From Octopus vulgaris (Eukaryota), in NCBI GenBank assembly GCA_951406725.2, contig OX597825.1:77376001-77440000 (forward strand): a DNA stretch of 64,000 nt, given 5' to 3'. Below the pieces are notes generated by a model. The model did no database searches and was not told the origin of the DNA. It worked only from the letters and a program-made list of their open reading frames with translations. A program made the position numbers and the translations under genes. Shown piece by piece: positions 60,135-64,000 of this stretch (positions are counted from its first letter, which is position 1; every line of letters begins with the position of its first letter).

Positions 60135-61798
60135 AAAGACAGAAAGAGGAATGAAAAAAGGGCAGACTATTATAATACATATCAGTCCCAAAAGGTTAAT
60201 GACTAATGTTGACCTCTGTGGGATTTGATCTCAGCTCTCCAGAGCTGGAACAAGTAACGCAAGCTAATCTTAAGCAACCCTGTAATGGAGTTGTCAATGC
60301 GTGATTACGATAATATTCTGCACTTAAAAGATATTCTGACTGGAAAGTATAATTGTAGGTGGTAGAGGATCTCTGTCGTTCAATGATGACGATTTAGCTA
60401 TTCTATCAGCTAGATTATCTGTTCCTTAAATTAACATGTCAGCGTATTCCACAGACAGGTGTAGCCTTAATGTAATTCTAAGGCAGAATCTAGAAGGCAG
60501 ACACTGTAATAAGGCAGACACTGTGATTATGAATTACAGAGTTCACACCGACGGGTTTCTATGCATTTTCCGTCTACCCAATTTCTCTAAATATGCCTTG
60601 TCTGAAGCTGTAGAAAATGATATTTTCTTTATATCTCGCGGCGGGATCGAAAGCGATACTACATTGTTGTGTAGTAAAATTCTGAGTTATTCCGCCATCG
60701 TATTCCAGTCTTGAAAACAAAATTGCTTAAAGAAAAAATATATACAGTATAGACATATTTAAAATGTGTTTTTAACATAGGAAATGCACAATCAAAGAGA
60801 AGAATCGAAGTTAAACACCTGTGATTGGCCAAACTGCAAAATAAATAAATACATAATATATAAATAAATAAATAAATAAAATTCAAAATAAAACAATCAA
60901 AGCAGAAAATATCAAAGGAAATTTGAAAATGTCTATTCAAATCTTTTGAGCGAACAAAATATATCCTATTATTATATTAAATACCATTAAGTTAATTATC
61001 AAATCAATTACACAAATTCATGCCTTTTTCGTATATCAATTATTTCCCCTTGTTTCATAATATTTTTAATTAAGCAAATTATATTGGTTAAAAATATTGG
61101 AAGCTGTTCTATATGTAACATAATTTTTCTACACTTCTGCACGTATGTCTACTCCTTACAATGCTAATATGATCTAATAGACCGAAACATGTCCATAGTT
61201 GTCTTTCCTTGACCGTGTAACACATATTTTTGAGATTATCATTTTAGATTTCTAGAAATTATCTCCCTTTTATTTTAATGGTTGCTATCAATTACTGCTA
61301 GACATTTCTGGTCTTTTTTTAGCAAAAAGGAAACTAAAAAACAGTTAAATAAATTTTTAATACATTACTTAACGAACTGTCGCATACATGAACTTAAACA
61401 CACATATACATGCACACACACTTACACCCATTCATATACATACGCTTTATTTTTCAAACAATACTTCCACCCTAGTATAATATTATAATATACTCATTTT
61501 TAATTTTATTTTCTTCCACTATTTTCTTTTTGCCACAATAGCCGAAAACTTCGACGAAATTGAATTCTAGACATTTTCTGTCAATTATTTTATTACATAA
61601 AATGCTGGGTTATTATATAACTATTTTAAATTTGAAAGTGCCCATCATTGTAAAATGACATGTATATATAAATAAATATACATATGCATATATATATGTA
61701 TATGTGTATATGTATATGTATATATTTACGTATTTATCTGCATATACATGTACATGTATATCTATCTATTTAATTATCTATCTATTTATCTATCTATC

Positions 61799-61943
<145 letters not shown>

Positions 61944-62561
61944 GAATGTATGTATATATGTATGTATATGTATATAGAATAATCACGTTCATGTTTTAAA
62001 GTTTCATTTTATTTTGTTCTACACCTGTTTGTATGGTTTCAATGTAAACATGTAAACATCATCAATCATTTAGCTGTTGTTAGTTGATGCATTATTAATA
62101 CCTAATTATTAAATGAGTTATTAAATTGAATGTGATGTGTAAGGTGTTTCATCAGGAGCAAATCTTTAGTTTAAGAACTGATTCAATCTATACATTATCA
62201 CACACAACAACTTATGTATATACTCAGATAGACACATCTGAGTTTAATATAGAATCTCAGCATTTACCGCAACAAAGTTAATACCTCGCTAGTATTTCTA
62301 CATTCCAATCCAAGTGATAATAGAACTATCAAACCCACAGACACAGCGCTTAGGTACCAAACTTTGTTAATACTGGTAACTCGTACCCTGATCAGATACA
62401 ATATTTTAAGGCGGTCGGTATTTTAAATTACCTTTGATATTTAAAAACTAGAATATTGAACAGTCTGTTGCTCATGTTACCAAGTTCGGAAATCTCGAAA
62501 TATTTTGGTAATAAGAAAAATAAACCTCGTTTTTGCAAAATTACATGAAATTCTGCTGCTC

Positions 62562-62618
<57 letters not shown>

Positions 62619-62787
62619 TTGTGTGCGTGTGTGTGTATATATATATGTATATATATACACAAATATATACATATATATATATATACAAGTATTATGTGTG
62701 CATATATGCATGCATGTATTTTGTATGTATATATGTATCCATGTAGCTGTGTATGTATGCACGCAATCGTCTATATATATATATATA

Positions 62788-63050
62788 CAGTGTACATTTA
62801 AACACAAAAGAGGTATCAAACATAGGATACCTGGCACTTTAGAAGGAATAGCCAAAATCCAAACCACTGTTAGTGCTAATTTTCGAAGGGAATGAAAAAT
62901 AAAAACATTTACCATCTATTTCTGATGGTAAATGTTTTATTTTTCATTTCTTTCGAAATTTGCCCCGTCAGTGGTTTGGACTTTGGCTATTCCTTCTAGC
63001 GTACCAGGTATCCTATGATCGATACCTCTTTTGTGTTTAAATGTACACCG
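62788..63050. mobile_element. Tc1/mariner-type palindromic MITE (263 bp)
   Basis: TA|CAGTGTACATTTAAACACAAAAGAGGTATC ... GATACCTCTTTTGTGTTTAAATGTACACCG|TA; arms pair almost to a 7-nt loop (62917-62923); TA target duplication. Confidence 0.88.
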
Positions 63051-63153
63051 TATTTATATGAATAATTTATAGCCTATTGACTAATTTTTTACACGCTAGG
63101 CTACTGGTATTAAAAATTTCTAAAAGAAGCTGCGTATGCACACTTAACGTTAT

Positions 63154-63450
63154 GTGAAGGAGCGTAGCTTAATGGTTAAGGTATTCGGCTCACGATTGTG
63201 AGTTCGATTCCTTGCAGTGCAATGTGTCTTTGAGCAATATATTTCATTTGCAGTTGCTTCAGTCCATTCACTTATCACAAATTAATTGTTCCTCTAATTC
63301 TGAAGGGCCAATCTTGTCACATTGTGTGTCACGCTGAATTTCCCTGATAACTATGCTAAGAGTACGCGTGACTGTAGTGTATTCATCCACTTGCACGTTA
63401 ATGTCACAAGCAGACTGTTCCTTTCGTAGAACCACCTGCGACACTCGATG
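63154..63450 (+). mobile_element. SINE family C
   Basis: GCTTAATGGTTAAGGTATTCGGCTCACGATTGTGAGTTCGATTCC head; body matches the reverse complement of 51065-51350. Confidence 0.75.
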
Positions 63451-63744
63451 TCGAAACCAATGAGAGCGAGACACTCTTACGGATACCTTTCCTGCGCGTA
63501 CATTCCTTCAGGCAACACATATCTGGATTGGATTCGAATCTGGAAGCATTGATTTCTCTAATCGATTATTTATCCGTAGCTGCCTTGATATTAAAAAATA
63601 AAATCAAAGTTTACGGTATTAGATTAATATTAAATATTTTAATATATTCAGTGATTTTAACGAACATCTTTACAGAATTGCTATAAACAAACGTGGTAGA
63701 AATAGATATCAAAATTATTATTCAGATCATTCTCATAGTATATT

Positions 63745-63792
<48 letters not shown>

Positions 63793-63797
63793 TATAT

Positions 63798-63942
<145 letters not shown>

Positions 63943-64000
63943 CCTTGATACAATATCCTCGTAATACATATTTATAATTATTAATATTATTGATTATAAT

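Overview
AT-rich, microsatellite-dense animal genomic DNA. The repeat families and simple-repeat load suggest a coleoid cephalopod (Octopus-like); this is an inference. Only one protein-coding gene is supported: the 3' part of a + strand cation-selective nicotinic acetylcholine receptor alpha subunit. It has a 1057-nt exon (22860-23916; Cys-loop, loop C vicinal Cys, M1-M3, cytoplasmic loop), a 30.5-kb intron and a terminal M4 exon (54410-54592). Its 5' exons were not found and probably lie upstream of the window. Almost all other ORFs in the track are translated microsatellites or SINEs. The rest is tRNA-derived SINEs (at least three families, some multimeric with TSDs), Dong/R4-like retrotransposon 3' ends inside (TAA)n, several MITE/fold-back elements and a probable HINE. 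Main observations: (i) short elements, mostly next to (TA)n tracts, carrying type I hammerhead-ribozyme-like cores, including a near-complete sense-strand hammerhead about 3 kb past the receptor stop codon; (ii) a tandem duplication of the receptor exon end with a second GTAAGT donor; (iii) several long fold-backs in and just after the gene that could be dsRNA/ADAR substrates. All alignments were done by eye.
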